Source: Camelus dromedarius (Eukaryota). Taken from it: 64,000 nt of DNA. This document shows, in pieces, positions 11,796-25,859 of the stretch; positions within the stretch are counted from its first letter, which is position 1; each line of letters starts with the position of its first letter. The notes below the pieces were generated by a model, which was not told the DNA's origin, searched no databases, and saw nothing but the letters and a program-made list of their open reading frames with translations. The translations under genes were made by a program, and so were the position numbers. The stretch is taken from the NCBI RefSeq assembly GCF_036321535.1, contig NC_087472.1:107818001-107882000 (forward strand), in the 5' to 3' direction.

Positions 11796-14700
11796 GCAGG
11801 GCTCCAGGATCTCACCTCATCCTCTAACAGTCTGATTCTACAGGGGGTCCCAGTAAAATCCACCTGAGAAGCTGTCTTCCACAAGCCTTAGCGGAGATCT
11901 GGAAAGAGCCAGGTTTCTCAGACCACAAAACCTCTCACAGGGAACTGTCTCACCTCCCTCCGGCCCCTGGCTGTCCGTCTGTACTCCCAGCAAACTGCGT
12001 GGGAACAGCTTTCCCCAAACTTGGACTGTTCTTTCCGGTTTCCATGCTTCCCGCCCGCCCCCTTCCTGTTTAAATCCTGATGCGTCTTCCAAGATGTGGC
12101 CCAGATTCCTCCCACACAGACCCAGCCCACCCCGGCAGGAAGTTGTCCTTTCTTGGTCTAGCCTCAGTACTTTCGCTCTCCTCTGAGACCTTTATTACAA
12201 CTCTAAGTAGAACATAGTTATTTGTTCACACCGTATCTCCCATAGCATTTGTTCCTTTTGGGCAAGAATGGCATCTCCTCCAACTCTGACCTGCCCCCAC
12301 ACAGCTCCAGGGTGCACCCCAACCTGTGCTCCGCTGCACATGCAGGGCAAGTCTCAGACTGGACCTGATCCGTGGCAACTGGAGCCTGACACCAAATATA
12401 TGTCCACGGCTGCACTAGAGCTGTTCTCAAATGTCTCGTCTCAACAGAATATGCTCACGAGCAGGTGTGCAGATATGAGGTTTGAGAGACTGGACCCAAG
12501 GGGGTGGGCTGCAGCATGACGGATGCATCGCTTCCTCTTCAGGGATGAGAGGAACAGGTGCTCGGGATCTGTTTACTGGAGCGATAGGAAAGGTGGTCTT
12601 GTCACGTTGGGAATGGCATCCTGGAGGGCCCTCCCTTGCAAGGAGACCCAGAGTCAGCTTGGCACCTTCCAATATTCCACAGCTGCCCCACCAGCCTCCG
12701 CACCCACCCCAAGCATGCACGGACCCGCCCTCAGAACCTAGCCCCCTCCCGATGGACCCCAGAGGCCCCTCCTCTGTGGGCTCCAGATCAGGCCGGCTGG
12801 CCACCAGGGAGAACCTGGGCCACTGTGGTTCTCAGTGGAAGGGTAGGGAAATGACGACTCCCAGGAGAGGCTGACTTCTGGAACCCGCCTTCTACAAAGA
12901 GGGATCAGAAAAGCAGGCATTCCAAAATACACAAGCAGAAAGTCAATCAGCAGATCAGCGGCTGTTGGGGACTGGGGTGGGAAAGGGGATGGGGCACGGG
13001 AGATGGGAATGTTCTAAAACCCAACTGTGGTAACAGTCGTCCAGCTGTGTCCAGTTATGAAAACTCATCGAAATACACTAAAGTGGTGAATTTTATGGTA
13101 TGTAAATTACACCTTACTAAAAGGTGTGTAAAAAACACACACGCATTGAGATTCCTAGTAAGTGCTTCATTTACAGTGGGAAGAAACAATTTCAGGATTC
13201 CAAGTCATATGACACTGAGGAGAAGGAAAAAAAAATCCAAGGACAGAGGTGGCTGTCATCTCACTCGTGTAAAGCTGGTACACACATCTGGCGATTCTAA
13301 ACCGCAAATTCTAAGTCATGGCTGATCGTTGTCCCAGGATGTCTTCCAAATAGCTGGACGTGTATTGAAACATTATCTAAACCGATTATTTCCAATCCTC
13401 TGTATTCGTCCATCACATTATATCATGCGCTTATGCTACAGTCACAACCCATGAGTAAGCAGTGAAATCGACTGAGTAGGTCCCAATTGGTGTTTTAGTT
13501 TAAAAAGAAAATATTGCAGCACATCACACCTCACAAGAGTGGTACGGTCCATACTATGTCATGAAACTTTGGATACAAAACAGTCTCCTTACTTTCTGAA
13601 GCCGTCAGCAGTACTAGGAGAGGCAACACCCCAGGATATACCCACGGATGGACGTATCCAATCACACAAGGACTGAAGTCCTTCATGCGCAGGGCTGCCG
13701 CCTACCACCCTGCAGGCTTTGCAGACACAACTCAAAGAGTGCCGCCACCCCCGCCAGCCCAGGGGCAAAGCCCGCATTGTGCTCAGAGGGACAAGGAAAA
13801 CGGACTTTGATCAGAGAAACAACTTTAAGAAGCTGGGTCCACTATCACCACCCCCACTTTACCTAGGACCAAACAGCTCAGGACGTGCACCTAAGCAGTG
13901 GCAAGACCAAGGGCCTCGGAAGTAGCCCGCTCGGGTCAGCAGCCGGCTGTCTGCACTCCCACCGCGCTCGGGGAAGGGATTCCAAGCCAAAATGAAAGGG
14001 TTCCAAGAGCCAATCGGGCAGGAACCACCACTCTTGAAGAAAACACTGGAAATAAAGATGCAGCACTACTGCTGTAAGAATAAGTACATACACATCATAT
14101 TCTGCTTTTAAATCATTTGCCTCTCCCTTACTCTCCTGACAAATTATTAATGATGACTGCTCTGAGGAGAGGGCACTTCAGGAAGTCAATGACCACCTTC
14201 TTGTTTTTAATACGGCCAAAATACTGGGTGAGGGACTTCAAATACTCCTTTAAAAACAAAGTATTATAAAAGTTCGGTTCTTAACTTACTACTGAATACA
14301 ACAGACAGGAAGGGATATTTAAAAATTAAAAGGGGACGTTTTAAGGAAGGATTTGGGAAAAAAAGAAACAAATAGTAACAATTGACGGAAGAAGAAAATT
14401 CAACTGAAATAGGAGAGGAAAACCCCACTGGCCAAGGAGAGTGAAGAGGCCCAACAATAACATTCTTTAGAAATGGCATCACAGGGGGAGGCGACCCTGG
14501 ACGATCTGGCCATCCTTTCAGCCGAGCGAGCGGCACACAGGCACACAGCAGCAGAGCGGCACTGAACTCTGCGCTCTGTGATCTCAATTTCAGCTTTGCA
14601 AATACCACCAAGATCAAGCTCTCTCCTGAGTACTGCTCCCAGTTGCGGAAGGCCTGCACCAGGTTTCTAAGAGTAAGAGATAAAGGATTTTATCACCCAC

Positions 14701-15855
14701 TCTTTTATGCATTAATTACCTCCCCCCACCAAACACAAACACACACACACACACACCACTTTTTAGCAGTTACTTAATCTGTTTTCATTTTGGCACAGAA
14801 TTCCAGTCTTTATAGATGTAGCTTTGCATATATCACCATCTGAATCTATGAACAGAAGCACAGGGCGAAAATGCTGAACATCTAAGATATTCAGTCATCC
14901 ATCATGCCCTGATGAAGGAACACGTGCCAGGAAAGGATGCAGGGAATGGCTAGTTCTCAAGAACAGCGGTTCTTTTAGGCCTTAGATCTCTTTGGGAATC
15001 TGAGATAAGCCACTGATTGCCTCCCCAGAAAAATGTGCTTACACATACACCCAAAAGGCTGCCCTCATATACATGCAAAATATTGCCTGTCGGGGAGGTC
15101 CAGTTTCGGGAACCCTGATTCCAAGGTTTCCCACCCAGGGGAAGAGGCGCCAGGTAGACAGCACGGCTCCTGGGGGAAGGGTCAGCTTTACCGGCGGGGG
15201 TGGGGTGGAGGGCTGTTCAAGGCCCGAGAGAGAGGAGCATCAAGGTCATGTCTGACCTGCTCAGAGAGGGCACGAGAGGCTGCTGAATAGACTGGGGACC
15301 TGCCCAGGCCTCACGCAGGTCAGGTGAGAACAGGTGTGGCAAAAGGAAACCTCCCCCAGAAGGCAGGGGGCAACCTGACAAAGAGCAAGGCTGCATTTTG
15401 CAGTAGCACGAAGTCAGGAGGAACAGAGGCCACACGCGCGATCATCAGCTCTGCTTTGTAGAAAGGCCCCTTGAGCTGCAGAGAAAGTGGGCAGTAGGAA
15501 AACGGGCTGGACGTGTGGGCAGGAAAGGACGAGGCCCGAGGAGCGCTGGGCCCGGGGAACAGTGGCAGAGGCAGGTCCTGAGAGCTGCCAAAGGTGGTGA
15601 GCATCGTCATCGCGGCTGAGTTCTCTGGGAAGGGGAACAGGAGCACAAGGGCTCCCTGGTCACCACTTCTGCTCATTTCCAGGGCCCTGCTGGTTTCCCG
15701 CCTAAGTGACATCAGGAAGGCATTGAGCTTAAGGTCTATCGTGGTGATGCCCCCACTAGACTGTGCACATCACGAAGTCAAGGATCATAGAGGTCCTGCC
15801 TCCTCAGCACCTGGCACAGACCCTGACCCGACAGCAGGAGTGCACTGCGCTCAGA

Positions 15856-16260
15856 TGGATGGAGGGAGGGAGGGAGTGAAAGGCAGGTGAAAGGATGGTG
15901 GGAGAAAGGGAGAGATGGAAGGGTGGAGGAAAGAATGGACAGAGAGAAGGACAGATGGAGGAAGGGACAGATGGGCTGAAGGATGGACAAAGGGATTGGT
16001 GAAGGGATGCATAGATGGACACATAGCTGGATCAGGAGATGGGTCAATGGAAGGATGGAATGAAGGAAAGAAAGAAAGACAAACAGGGATGGATGGATGA
16101 AGAGAAGAATGGAAGGATACAGAGATGGACACAGGGATGGCTGAAAGATGGACAGAAGGATGGAAGGAGAAAGGGACAGATGAACAGATGAAGAATCCAT
16201 CTATATAGGCCAGTGGGGAAGAAACTTCTAGAAGAGGAGGAAGTGAATGGAATGAGTTAA
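15856..16260 (+). repeat. Purine-rich low-complexity tract (GGAT/GGAA/GGAC mosaic)
   Basis: About 400 bp of degenerate ggatgga, ggaagga and ggacaga units. Confidence 0.85.
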
Positions 16261-16589
16261 GGGAAAACTGCATCCTCCTGTCGGGTCTCTCCTGCAAGCC
16301 ATTCCCAAATCAAGTCCCTTAGGATTTATAAGCAAACACATTCCAGGCAGGCTTAGGGGGCCAGAGGGCAGTCCGGTTCCTTGGTATCTCAATTAGGCTT
16401 TATTTCCTTAGATTGCTTTCCTACCTGGGATGCTGGAAGGTAACAGAAGAAGGAGCTGAACTCAATAGTAACCACACACCAACAAGAAGTCACCTCAAAA
16501 CTTGCTACTGATATGAGTTTCAGCAGAGCCATTCTGAGACAGGGTGGGTGATTTGGGGGTGCCACAGAGAGGAGCTTTCCTGCACCTGC

Positions 16590-16790
16590 CACTGAGGCAG
16601 CCACTAGGCACAGTGGCTATTTAAAGTTCAGTTACTTAAAATTAAACAAAATGGAAAGTTCATTCTTCAGTTACACTAGCCACATTTCAAGTACTCAAGA
16701 AATATATGTGGCTATTGGCTGCCAGACTGGACAGGGTAGACATGGCCTAGTTCCATCATCACAGGATATTCTATTGGACAGCACTGCTCC
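16590..16790. mobile_element. MER3-like hAT element
   Basis: gcagccactaggcacagtggctatttaaa...ctagccacatttcaagtactcaa...ctattggacagcactg. Confidence 0.75.
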
Positions 16791-16969
16791 AGACTCTCAC
16801 AGGGAAGTGGGGGGACGCTGATCTCTCAGGGGAAGGAGACGGGGTGAAACGGAGCAGAGAGAGGCAGCAGACAACAGCTCACTGAAGGATTTTCTCCAAG
16901 CAGCATATATTTTAAAGTTTAAAGTCTTAAAATACATTGACACTTTTTGGTTCACTAATCCCACTAGTA

Positions 16970-17130
16970 CAGTGGTTCTCAAACCAGGGGCCATGCCTCC
17001 CGGGGACACTTGGCAGTGTCTGGAGACATCTGTGGTTGTCACAAGTGTGGAGGGGAGGTGCCGTTGAGTCTGGTGAGTGAAGACCAAGATGCTGCTAAAC
17101 ATCCTACAGTGCAAAGGACCACCCTCACCT
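16970..17130 (+). mobile_element. MER20
   Basis: cagtggttctcaaacc...ggggacacttggcagtgtctggagacat...gatgctgctaaacatcctacagtgca. Confidence 0.9.
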
Positions 17131-20094
17131 CTCCTCTCCTCTTCCCAAGATCCCTGCAGACAAGTGTGGCCATCACTGCATTCCACTGCAAACCAGGTAG
17201 CGAGAGCTGGAAGCACATGACTCCAAGGCCGCCCCAGGGCCAACTCAGCCCGCAAACGTGTTGTCTGGTTTGCAGTGCAGGGCCGCAGATATTCTACCAA
17301 AACCCCCATGAATTTCCAACATTTAATCTCAGGAGATTTCATTTCAAACAGCTGAATTTCTGAATCTCTGGAAAACCAAAAAAGCTAGCACATGGGGATT
17401 ACAGTCCCCAGAGACAAAAAATGGCTAAAGCTGATTAGGGCCATCCCCTTGAGAAGAGTCCATTCACTAGCATGCCAGAGTCCCCACCACTCCCTGTTAC
17501 CTCTGACATCTGGCAATTTGGTTGGGGGCCCAGCCCCGGTAGCTGTGAGAGTCTATAATCACCACACCAAGGTGAGGTGAAGAGGTGGGAAAATCCTTCC
17601 TGGAGGATGGCCCAGCAAACAGATGGAATGCACAGGGAGCTCCTGCCAAGCAGAGGCAGGCACGAGGTTGGTATAAATGATGCTCACAGTCTCAGGCATG
17701 TAATCTTGGCTAAGGATGAGAGAGCTTGGGCAACCCACCCCAGGAGAAGCTCTATGAAAACTGTAAAGTGCTATTCATTTGTTCAAATATGCACTGCAAA
17801 AAAGCTATTTGAAATGCTAGGTGCCAGGAGTTAACCTCCAGGAATTCAGCTCAGCCAGGGAGCAAATAAATAACAAATCGCCACTACCTGACAAACCCCT
17901 TCAATGGCAGGGGCACACACAGAGAGCCTCGGAAGCTCAGAGGAGGAAGCAAGGCAACACCGGCATAAGTGATCTTTCTGTTCGGCAGAACACCAAACCC
18001 TTATTCCCTCACTGCTCCAAAACAAGAATACAGTGGCATTCATAGCTGTTCGACCTTTCTTTCCCCCTTACAAACCTCAATGTTTTCAGTTTCCAAGGTC
18101 AAGGCTTATTTGCCCAAGTTTCATGATGGGGTTGAAATCATCACCAAATATTCATTACCGTGAACAAGACAGAGTCCGTACGACAGCGGATTTCCACACC
18201 GGCTGCAAGCAGGGGCAGTGGGGACTTCTGCACTCACCCTGGCAGCTGGACCTCACTGATGTGTGGTGGCGCATGAGCAGCAGTAGTTTTTAAATGCTCT
18301 TTAGATAATTACAACTTGAAGTGCAGCTTGAGCCAACTTGTATAAGCAAGGCTCAGAGGTAAACAGTCGTCTGTCTCCTGGGTGGGGGACATTTCCTCAG
18401 AGAGGGAAGGTGGCAGGTGAGCGGGGTCAGGAACTATACGTGGGAAGCACATATTCAGTGATTTTAACCAGCATCTGCTTTGCAAACTGAGAATTCCACC
18501 TTGAATATTTAAAATATCCTTAGCACTATAATCAAATCATTATTTATTCATCTCAGGGGTAGGTGATGGCACTGCCACTTGCCAAGGGCAGGAAAAGCTC
18601 TGGGATGAGGGCAGGCCCCAGCCAGTGTATAGCCTGGCAGAGGAGAGAAAAGCAAAGTGCCAACTGAACCCAAGGACTAATCATGTTTCATGACAGTAAG
18701 CTGCTGCACGTGGTAAACAGTGAAACGCCACACCTGCCCTGGGGTCAGCTTCTCCTTTTTCGGAGGGAGACCGTGGCTCTAAAATAGTCATCGACTTTTA
18801 AAACTGGCTAAGCAAGTGCTAAGCACGAGATGTATGGCTGACTAGAAGACTGATTATTCAAAACAGACTTTCCTTTGCCTTCTCTTTCGAAGGCTGCACA
18901 TGACATAGCACATTAAGTAAAATGATCCTATAAAAACCGCCCAGAAAATAGACCTTTTGCCTTAACTTGGAATTTAATAAAACATGTGCATTTCTATGGA
19001 ACTGAATCCCTTTGAGGTGACCTTTTTCTTTGCCTTTCCTGCCCATCAAAATCTGCTCTTAGGCATCCTGACGCTGTTCTCATAGTGAGTATGGAAGTCA
19101 GTCATCTTCGACCTGCTGGAGACACAAGAGGGGGAGTCCAGGGGGTGGGCCGGAGCAGGAGGTGTGGGGAAGGAAGAAACCTAGGAGCAAGAAGGAACCC
19201 ACCAGAGTGATCAAGGATGCTGCAGACCACACTGCCAGACCAGCAGAAGGTGTTTCCTCTTAAGAGACTTTCATCTGAAACAGATCTGAAACAGAGAACC
19301 CTGGGGAGCGTGCCCTCTCCTGCCCCCATGCCCAGCCCCTATCAGATGAGAACTTTCACTAGAAAGCTCCACCAACCACCATACAACCATCCCACCTTCT
19401 CAGCTTTGAGTCAAGCCCTCAGCCACCCTCTGGAATGAAGGGTGATGAGGCAGGGGAGGGAAAGCAGGCTGACAACATCCTTCTTCAGAGTGGAAAACCG
19501 CAATACTCCACATTAACGTGATCAAGGTGGAAACACTTCAAGCAAGGCCCAAGAGGGTGTTCTCCCTCAGAAGAAACCCAAAAGAAAGAGGGAGCGCCCA
19601 GCTCAACATGGTGCACACGAATGCTGCGGGGCCCTTCCCGCAGGCACACAGGAAACTCACCTCCTGAGAGGCCTGATGACAGGGTAAGTCTCAGCGGTAC
19701 TGCAGGGGGCCCAGGCCGTCCTGTGAGTGAGCATGATGCTCTGCACAGAACATTCTGGAGAAGGGGGAGCAGGGAGCTGATGCCGGCTGATCCTCTATGG
19801 AACTGCTGGATTCTCTCTTGATGACGCCTGTTCATTTAGCTAGGTCGTTAAACTACTGCTGAGTTAAACTACTGAGTTAAACTACTGCTTCACCAGCGAG
19901 TTGTTTGTTTGGAGGGGAGGGGGTTCATCAGAACCCCACAGGTAGCTTGACGGAAGGGGCTGCATTTGTTTGTGTTTAGAAAGCTTCCCAGGTGTTTTGT
20001 AGGAAGCCTCAAGAATCACTGGTCCAGATCAGTGGTTCTTGAGCCTGGTTGATAACTGAACTCACCAAGAGAACTTTTCAAAAATAGACACCAG

Positions 20095-21040
20095 CTGCAA
20101 ATCATATATCTGATAAGGGTTCATAATATATAAGTGACTCCAAAAATTCAACAACAAAAAGGCAAACAACCCAACGAAAAAAAATGGGCAAAGGAATCGA
20201 ACAGATACTTCTCCAAGATATAGAAATGGCCAACAAGCACATGAAAGGATGCTTAACAGCATCAGCCATTAGGGAAACACACATCAAAACCACAATGAGA
20301 TACCACCTCCCATGCGCTAGGATGGCTATTTTTTCAAAAAGCAAACAGACAGAACAACAGAAAATCTCAAGTGTTGGTAAGGATGTGGAGAAACTGAAAC
20401 CCTTGAGCACTGCTGGTGGGACTGTAAAATGGTGCAGCTGCTGTGGAAAATAGTTTGACGGCTCCTCAAAAAGCTCAACATCGAATTACCATATGACCCA
20501 ACAGTTCCACTCCTAGGTATATACCCAAGAATGCTGAAAGCAGATATTCAAACAGATACGTGTACGTGCTTGTCACAGCAGCACTACTGACAACAGCCAA
20601 GAGGTGAAAACAACCCAAATGTCCATCAACAAATGAAGAAATAAACACAATGTGCTCTATCCACACGATGACATGGGATTCAGCCCTAAAAAGGCATGAA
20701 GTCCTGATATGTGCTACGACATGGATGAGCCGTGAAACATTATGCCAGACACAGAAGACCATTTGTTCTCTAATTTTATTTATAATGAAATGTCCAGAAT
20801 CAGTAAACCAGAGAGACAGAACGCAGATTGGTGGTTGCCTGGGGCTGGAAAGAGGGAGGAACGGGGAGTGACTGCCTAATGGGTACAAGGTTTTCTTTTT
20901 GGTGATGAAAGTATCTGGAACTAGATAGAGGTGGTGGTTGCATAACACTGCGAATGTACGAAATGCCACTGAATTAACCATTTAAAACGGCTAGTGGTTA
21001 ACTTGAAGTTATGTGAATTTCACCTCAATTTTTATAAATA
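20095..21040 (+). mobile_element. L1MB-type LINE-1 (ORF2 C-terminus and 3' UTR)
   Basis: ORF 20184-20453 (ANKHMKGC...IRETHIKTTMRYHL) resembles the L1 ORF2p C-terminus; typical 3' UTR follows. Confidence 0.9.
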
Positions 21041-23470
21041 GGAGAAGAATGGACATCAGGGGCTTCCTGGGCCCTGCTGATCGGAATCTCCTAGGGTGGC
21101 CCCTATATATACACATACACATGCAACCTTAAATGAATATAAAATGAGAGCACTGCTGTGGCTAAGACCTCAGGGTTCGATCTGATGCTACACTCACCAA
21201 GGACAAAGAGTGTGACACGCTGCCTTCCTTCTCTCTGAAAAAAAAAAAAAAAAACTATGCTTTTTTGAAAGCAACGTAAATAGATGTGCAACATTCAGAA
21301 AAACAAAGGTAATGACAAAGTCACAGCTACGAAGCACTCAAAAGCAACAGAACCAGGACAGTGTACAGATTCAAAATCATGTCTCCCAGATGAGGGATGG
21401 ACTCAGAGTTTAGTCCATGCAGATGACCACAAAGCCAACCGGAGACATGTCCTCAACATCATCGGACCACGGTGTGCTCATTACGGACATCCGAATAAGG
21501 ACAAATGTTAATAGACCCTGATGAGAGCCAACGAGGGCCAGAGGGAGAAGAGACATGGAAGCTGCCAACCAAGGCAGCTCCACAAAATGAAGACCGATCT
21601 AAGTCCGAGCTGGCTGACAAGCCGTGGGGAGAGATGGCATCTGGCGGAAAGGACCCGGCCCAACTGCCAGCAGCTAATGCTTGGTCTGTGATTCCTGCAG
21701 GAACCTGAGGAGCAGGACCACCTTGGAACCGCCACGATGCCTGTGGCTTCAAGCCTATGATGTTCCAACGCTGTTCACTGTCGACAGCTCCTGGAGGGGC
21801 TTCAGAAATCTGCCCTGAGTGCAACTGATCCGAGGTGGGGAGGTCTGTTTGACTGTACAAGTCCACTTGAGTGGAGGCCATGAGGGACCGCTCCTCCTAG
21901 TCCTCATTTGCTTCTTTACAGACAAACTGCACCATCATTGACATTCTTTCTACAGCTCCTTTTTTCCCCTGATTCTGGAAAGTTCTAATTCTGATCCTAT
22001 TTCTCCAGTAAGTGTAAGACCTGATTATCAAAAGAATAATGGCCTCAAGGTCACATTTCTCTTTCGCCTTTACTTTCATGGGAGGAAGAAAGAACTTAAT
22101 ATGGGAACAACTAATGTAGGGCCACCTTTTTGGTGAGGAGAAAAACCCCAACCACTTCTTCCACCTCCCAACTTTGCAAACATTACCAGCCAACTGCTTC
22201 ACAAAACCAATTCCAGTAATTCACACGTCTGTGGTATCATTATGTCACTGGTTTGGTTCGTGGAAAATTTTGTTTATTTTAGTAGTTTGGAATATGCCAA
22301 GGCACCTTCTTTCACTCCAGGTGGCGAGGTAAAGCAACCCAACAACAGTGAAACGTGAAAAAGACCACGGGAAAGAGGAAAGACGCAAAGGCGCGCTTGG
22401 TTTTTCTGTGACATGATCAGTGGAGCGCTCCCGGGCCACGCGGACTAGCTGCCGTCTGTGAACTGCCCATGAGTTTGGAGTATTCCATAAACTAAGCTCA
22501 TGGCTCACGACGATGGCAGAACCTGCAGGACTCTTCCTCCTACCCCACAACCAGGCTGGGATTAATCCACGTGGTTTTATAAGCCTGAAAATGATCAAAG
22601 AAGCAATCATCTCCGAAGTAACATGCTTGGGTGTTATTTTCACTGGTGCAAAAGAGGGATGACACCCACTCCAATCAATGAAAGAGTGACACTGAGCACC
22701 CCAAAACAGATAGAAAGAAAGTCTATGTTTCTCTGCTTTACATAACAAGATAAAAATTAGCCCACCTGAAGGAAATACAGACTTTTCCAAATATTTACTA
22801 AGCTGGCACTAGATTTAGAACTGAGATGCTGACAATGACTCAGGAAAAACAAGTATTTTATCAGTTACAAGTTTTAAAACTTTATAGTGATCCATATTTT
22901 TAAAGGAGCCAGGTGATAAATGGCATAATAAAAAGAATTCTATTAATAATTTTAAAGGTACAGTAAGTACATGAGTTCTTATACAGAAGCAGAAAGTTAT
23001 GTCTAATGCCCCAAGATAGAGCTGAGTGTTGAGAGTTGCTCTGACAGGAATTATTGGTTCTGACCGCCAGCCTCAGCAGCTTAAAATGCAAATGGTACTC
23101 TGTCCTTCTCCCCTAAGTACATGTGAATGCAAGAAGCTATTTTTGGTAATCCTTGACATTTTTGTCAATATGCCATCTGCATGGTGACATTTTGGAGGTT
23201 TATGATACTGGGGGGAGGACGGTTTGGTTTCTGGTGTCTGGACTCTTAATACTGAGGCTAATGAGACTGCAGTCTCGTGTTAACCTGGGCTGGATCAATC
23301 ACAGAATGATCCACGTGAGTGCCTTCAGAAGCAGTCTGTCCATGGCAAGCAGAGCGGCGCCGCGGTGCTTCTGGGGAAAAGTCACAATGTGGCAAAGCTG
23401 GCCACTGTGGGCTCAGATGCACCATTTTAGACCCCAAACCATCCAACCATTAGAGAGCAATTACCCATCC

Positions 23471-23503
<33 letters not shown>
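23471..23503 (+). repeat. (TTA)11 microsatellite
   Basis: Perfect 33 bp trinucleotide array read directly. Confidence 0.95.
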
Positions 23504-23504
<1 letters not shown>

Positions 23505-23819
23505 GGAATAAGAAAGAAAAAAAACACATTAGTTTCTAAATACAAGAATTTACAACATTATATGGGCAACCCAAAAGTGCATGTAAATCTTCTCTAAAGA
23601 GATAGTCTTCAAATACACGGCTCAACTGCTAAAATAACAAGAACCAAATACATCTGCTGCATAGCACTTCCTGTTCCGTGGAATTCCTTGCAGTCCCCGT
23701 CAGGGAAAAGGCCCAGCACCTTTGTGCTGATGTAAACACCAGCGCCAGGCCCTCCACTGCACGGAGCCCTGCACTCCCCACAGCCAGCAGGGATTCAGAG
23801 AGGGGGGATAAGACAGGTG

Positions 23820-23932
23820 ACTACTACACTAGATGTCAGTACCAAGCCCCTCCACAAGCTGTGACAACCAAAAATGTCTCCAGGCATCAACTGTCTCCTG
23901 GGGGCAATACCACCCCTAGAGGAGAATCACTG
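23820..23932 (-). mobile_element. MER20 fragment
   Basis: gctgtgacaaccaaaaatgtctccagg...ctgggggcaataccaccc...gagaatcactg. Confidence 0.85.
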
Positions 23933-24602
23933 CTGCAGTGGAATCCACAAACCCGGGGTGGGAATCTCTCTGACAGCCTGGGGCACCGGCTGTGCGGAGC
24001 ACATCTAAGTGAATTGCTGAAGTGACTCAACACTTTTCGCCACCTCTCTAACCCCATGTCACCAACTCTCCCATATCCCACCCCTGGCATGAGCCTTACA
24101 AGAGCAGAGACTTTCCAGAGGCATCAGGATGGACATGCATTCTGAGAGTTCCCTTTCAGAGCCCAAACGGCACAATGATTTGGACGTGCTTCACTTCAAC
24201 CCCAAAGTAAGTTCACCTGTGCCTTTCAATGTACATCCAACAGCTGTTAATACACATATGAACACTGTCTTGTAGATATCGTGCAAGGTAGCCGAGAAAA
24301 CATAGCTGAAGATCTTGACCTTGAATCAACTTCTCCTATTCTTAATACCTGTCCAATATTGTCTATTAATTCTGGAACAAGGTCTAATCATATGACATGA
24401 CTTTTTAACATTTCTAACATTACTGAGTGCTACAAACATGAAGCTCCAGAACAAGATGACACCCATACCTGAAAACCAATACTTCTGGACATATTTGGGA
24501 TGTTTTCAGATTTGCATCTAAGCTAATACAACTATAATGAAAGCTGAAGATACAAACACTCCTGTTGTGTTAACACAGAACACAAACAAGCATGATCCAT
24601 CA

Positions 24603-24830
24603 CAGGTCAGCAAATTAGGTCCCAAGGGCCAAATCCAGCCTGCCTCCTGTCTCCATAGATAAATTTTTATTGAACACAGCCAATCACATCCACATTTAGG
24701 AATTTCCTGTGGCTGCTTTTGAGCTCTAACAGCAGAGGTGAGCAGTTGCAACAGAGACCCTATGGCCCGCCAAGCCTAAAATATTTACTGTCTAGTCCTC
24801 TGCCAGAAAAGCCTGATGGCTCTGCTCTAA
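24603..24830 (+). mobile_element. MER58A
   Basis: caggtcagcaaa...ggccaaatccagcctgcctcctg...gcaacagagaccctatggcccgccaagcctaaaatatttact. Confidence 0.85.
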
Positions 24831-25859
24831 TCTGTTGGTAACATTTCATTTCCAGCAACTTCACTTACCCAGCCACAAAAACCAAGAGAATGCAAAGAAC
24901 AGCTCCGAGCAGGGAGGAAAAATAGCACGCACTCCGAGCGCTTGTCTTTCCACTGGTAGGTCTCCGGTGCTCTACACCTGCGAGCAAGCTAGGGAAGCAA
25001 CTCAGGGGCAGCTGGGACAGAATGGAAGGAGGAAAATCTGAAAGGCAGATGACACAAGACATTGAGGAATCACTAAGCTGCATGACTATGCATTTAGTAT
25101 GACTACAAGAACAATTAGAATGTGCGTGTCTACTATACACTAGACCTGAGTGTCCCTGTTTCCGAACAGAGGAAACCAAGGCTCAAAGAGCCCCAACACT
25201 GCCTTAGGGCACACATCGAGCCAGACTCAAGACCATCCACATCTAAAATCAAGGCTAACCACAGCTGGGTGGTCCCTGTGGCTATGGGTACCTTCCAAGG
25301 ACATACCAACGCCCATGTTCACTAATCCCTAACTATCAAGAAAATCTTACATTTTAATATATCTAAGAAATAAAAGGCATATAATACAATTTTAAGAGGT
25401 TCATCCAAAAACATGTGAATGACAAAAATGCTGGTATTAAAGGCCCAAGCATCCTTGGTCCTTTATCCACAAACTTCATTTTACTCCAAACACTGCCACA
25501 TAATCAGATATCATGTCAACTTTTCTAAACCAGACAGCCGTGCTGGTGAGTCGTCCTGTAAGATAAATTCCTTGGCATGAAAGAGGCATTGCCCTTGTGA
25601 AATCAACTATATTTTCAATCTAGTAACGATTACCAGCTTGTTACACAGTGGTACTCCCTCCTCACAGGTGGCAAAACTGCTGGGCAATGTTCACATGTGG
25701 CTTCTTGGTATGTGTCCCTGGTGACTGTAGGGACATTTTGAGAAGCCCAGAAGCCTCTTGCACAGTTAGAGGCTGCTGAGTCTAATCTCTGTAGCCTGGT
25801 CTGTCCAACTACCAGGGCGAGGCAACCACCTGAATTTTAAAATGGGATCACTTTAAAAG

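Noticed and set aside
15320-16297. ORFs of 130-148 aa
   Set aside because: Two arise from the purine-rich repeat; the other has no domain or clear splice structure.
1575-17130. Inverted MER20 pair flanking exon 2 as a circRNA driver
   Set aside because: Copies are short, diverged and 15 kb apart; a 110 nt single-exon circle is unlikely.
19846-19890. Three copies of GTTAAACTACT
   Set aside because: Simple slippage duplication with no spacers; not CRISPR-like.
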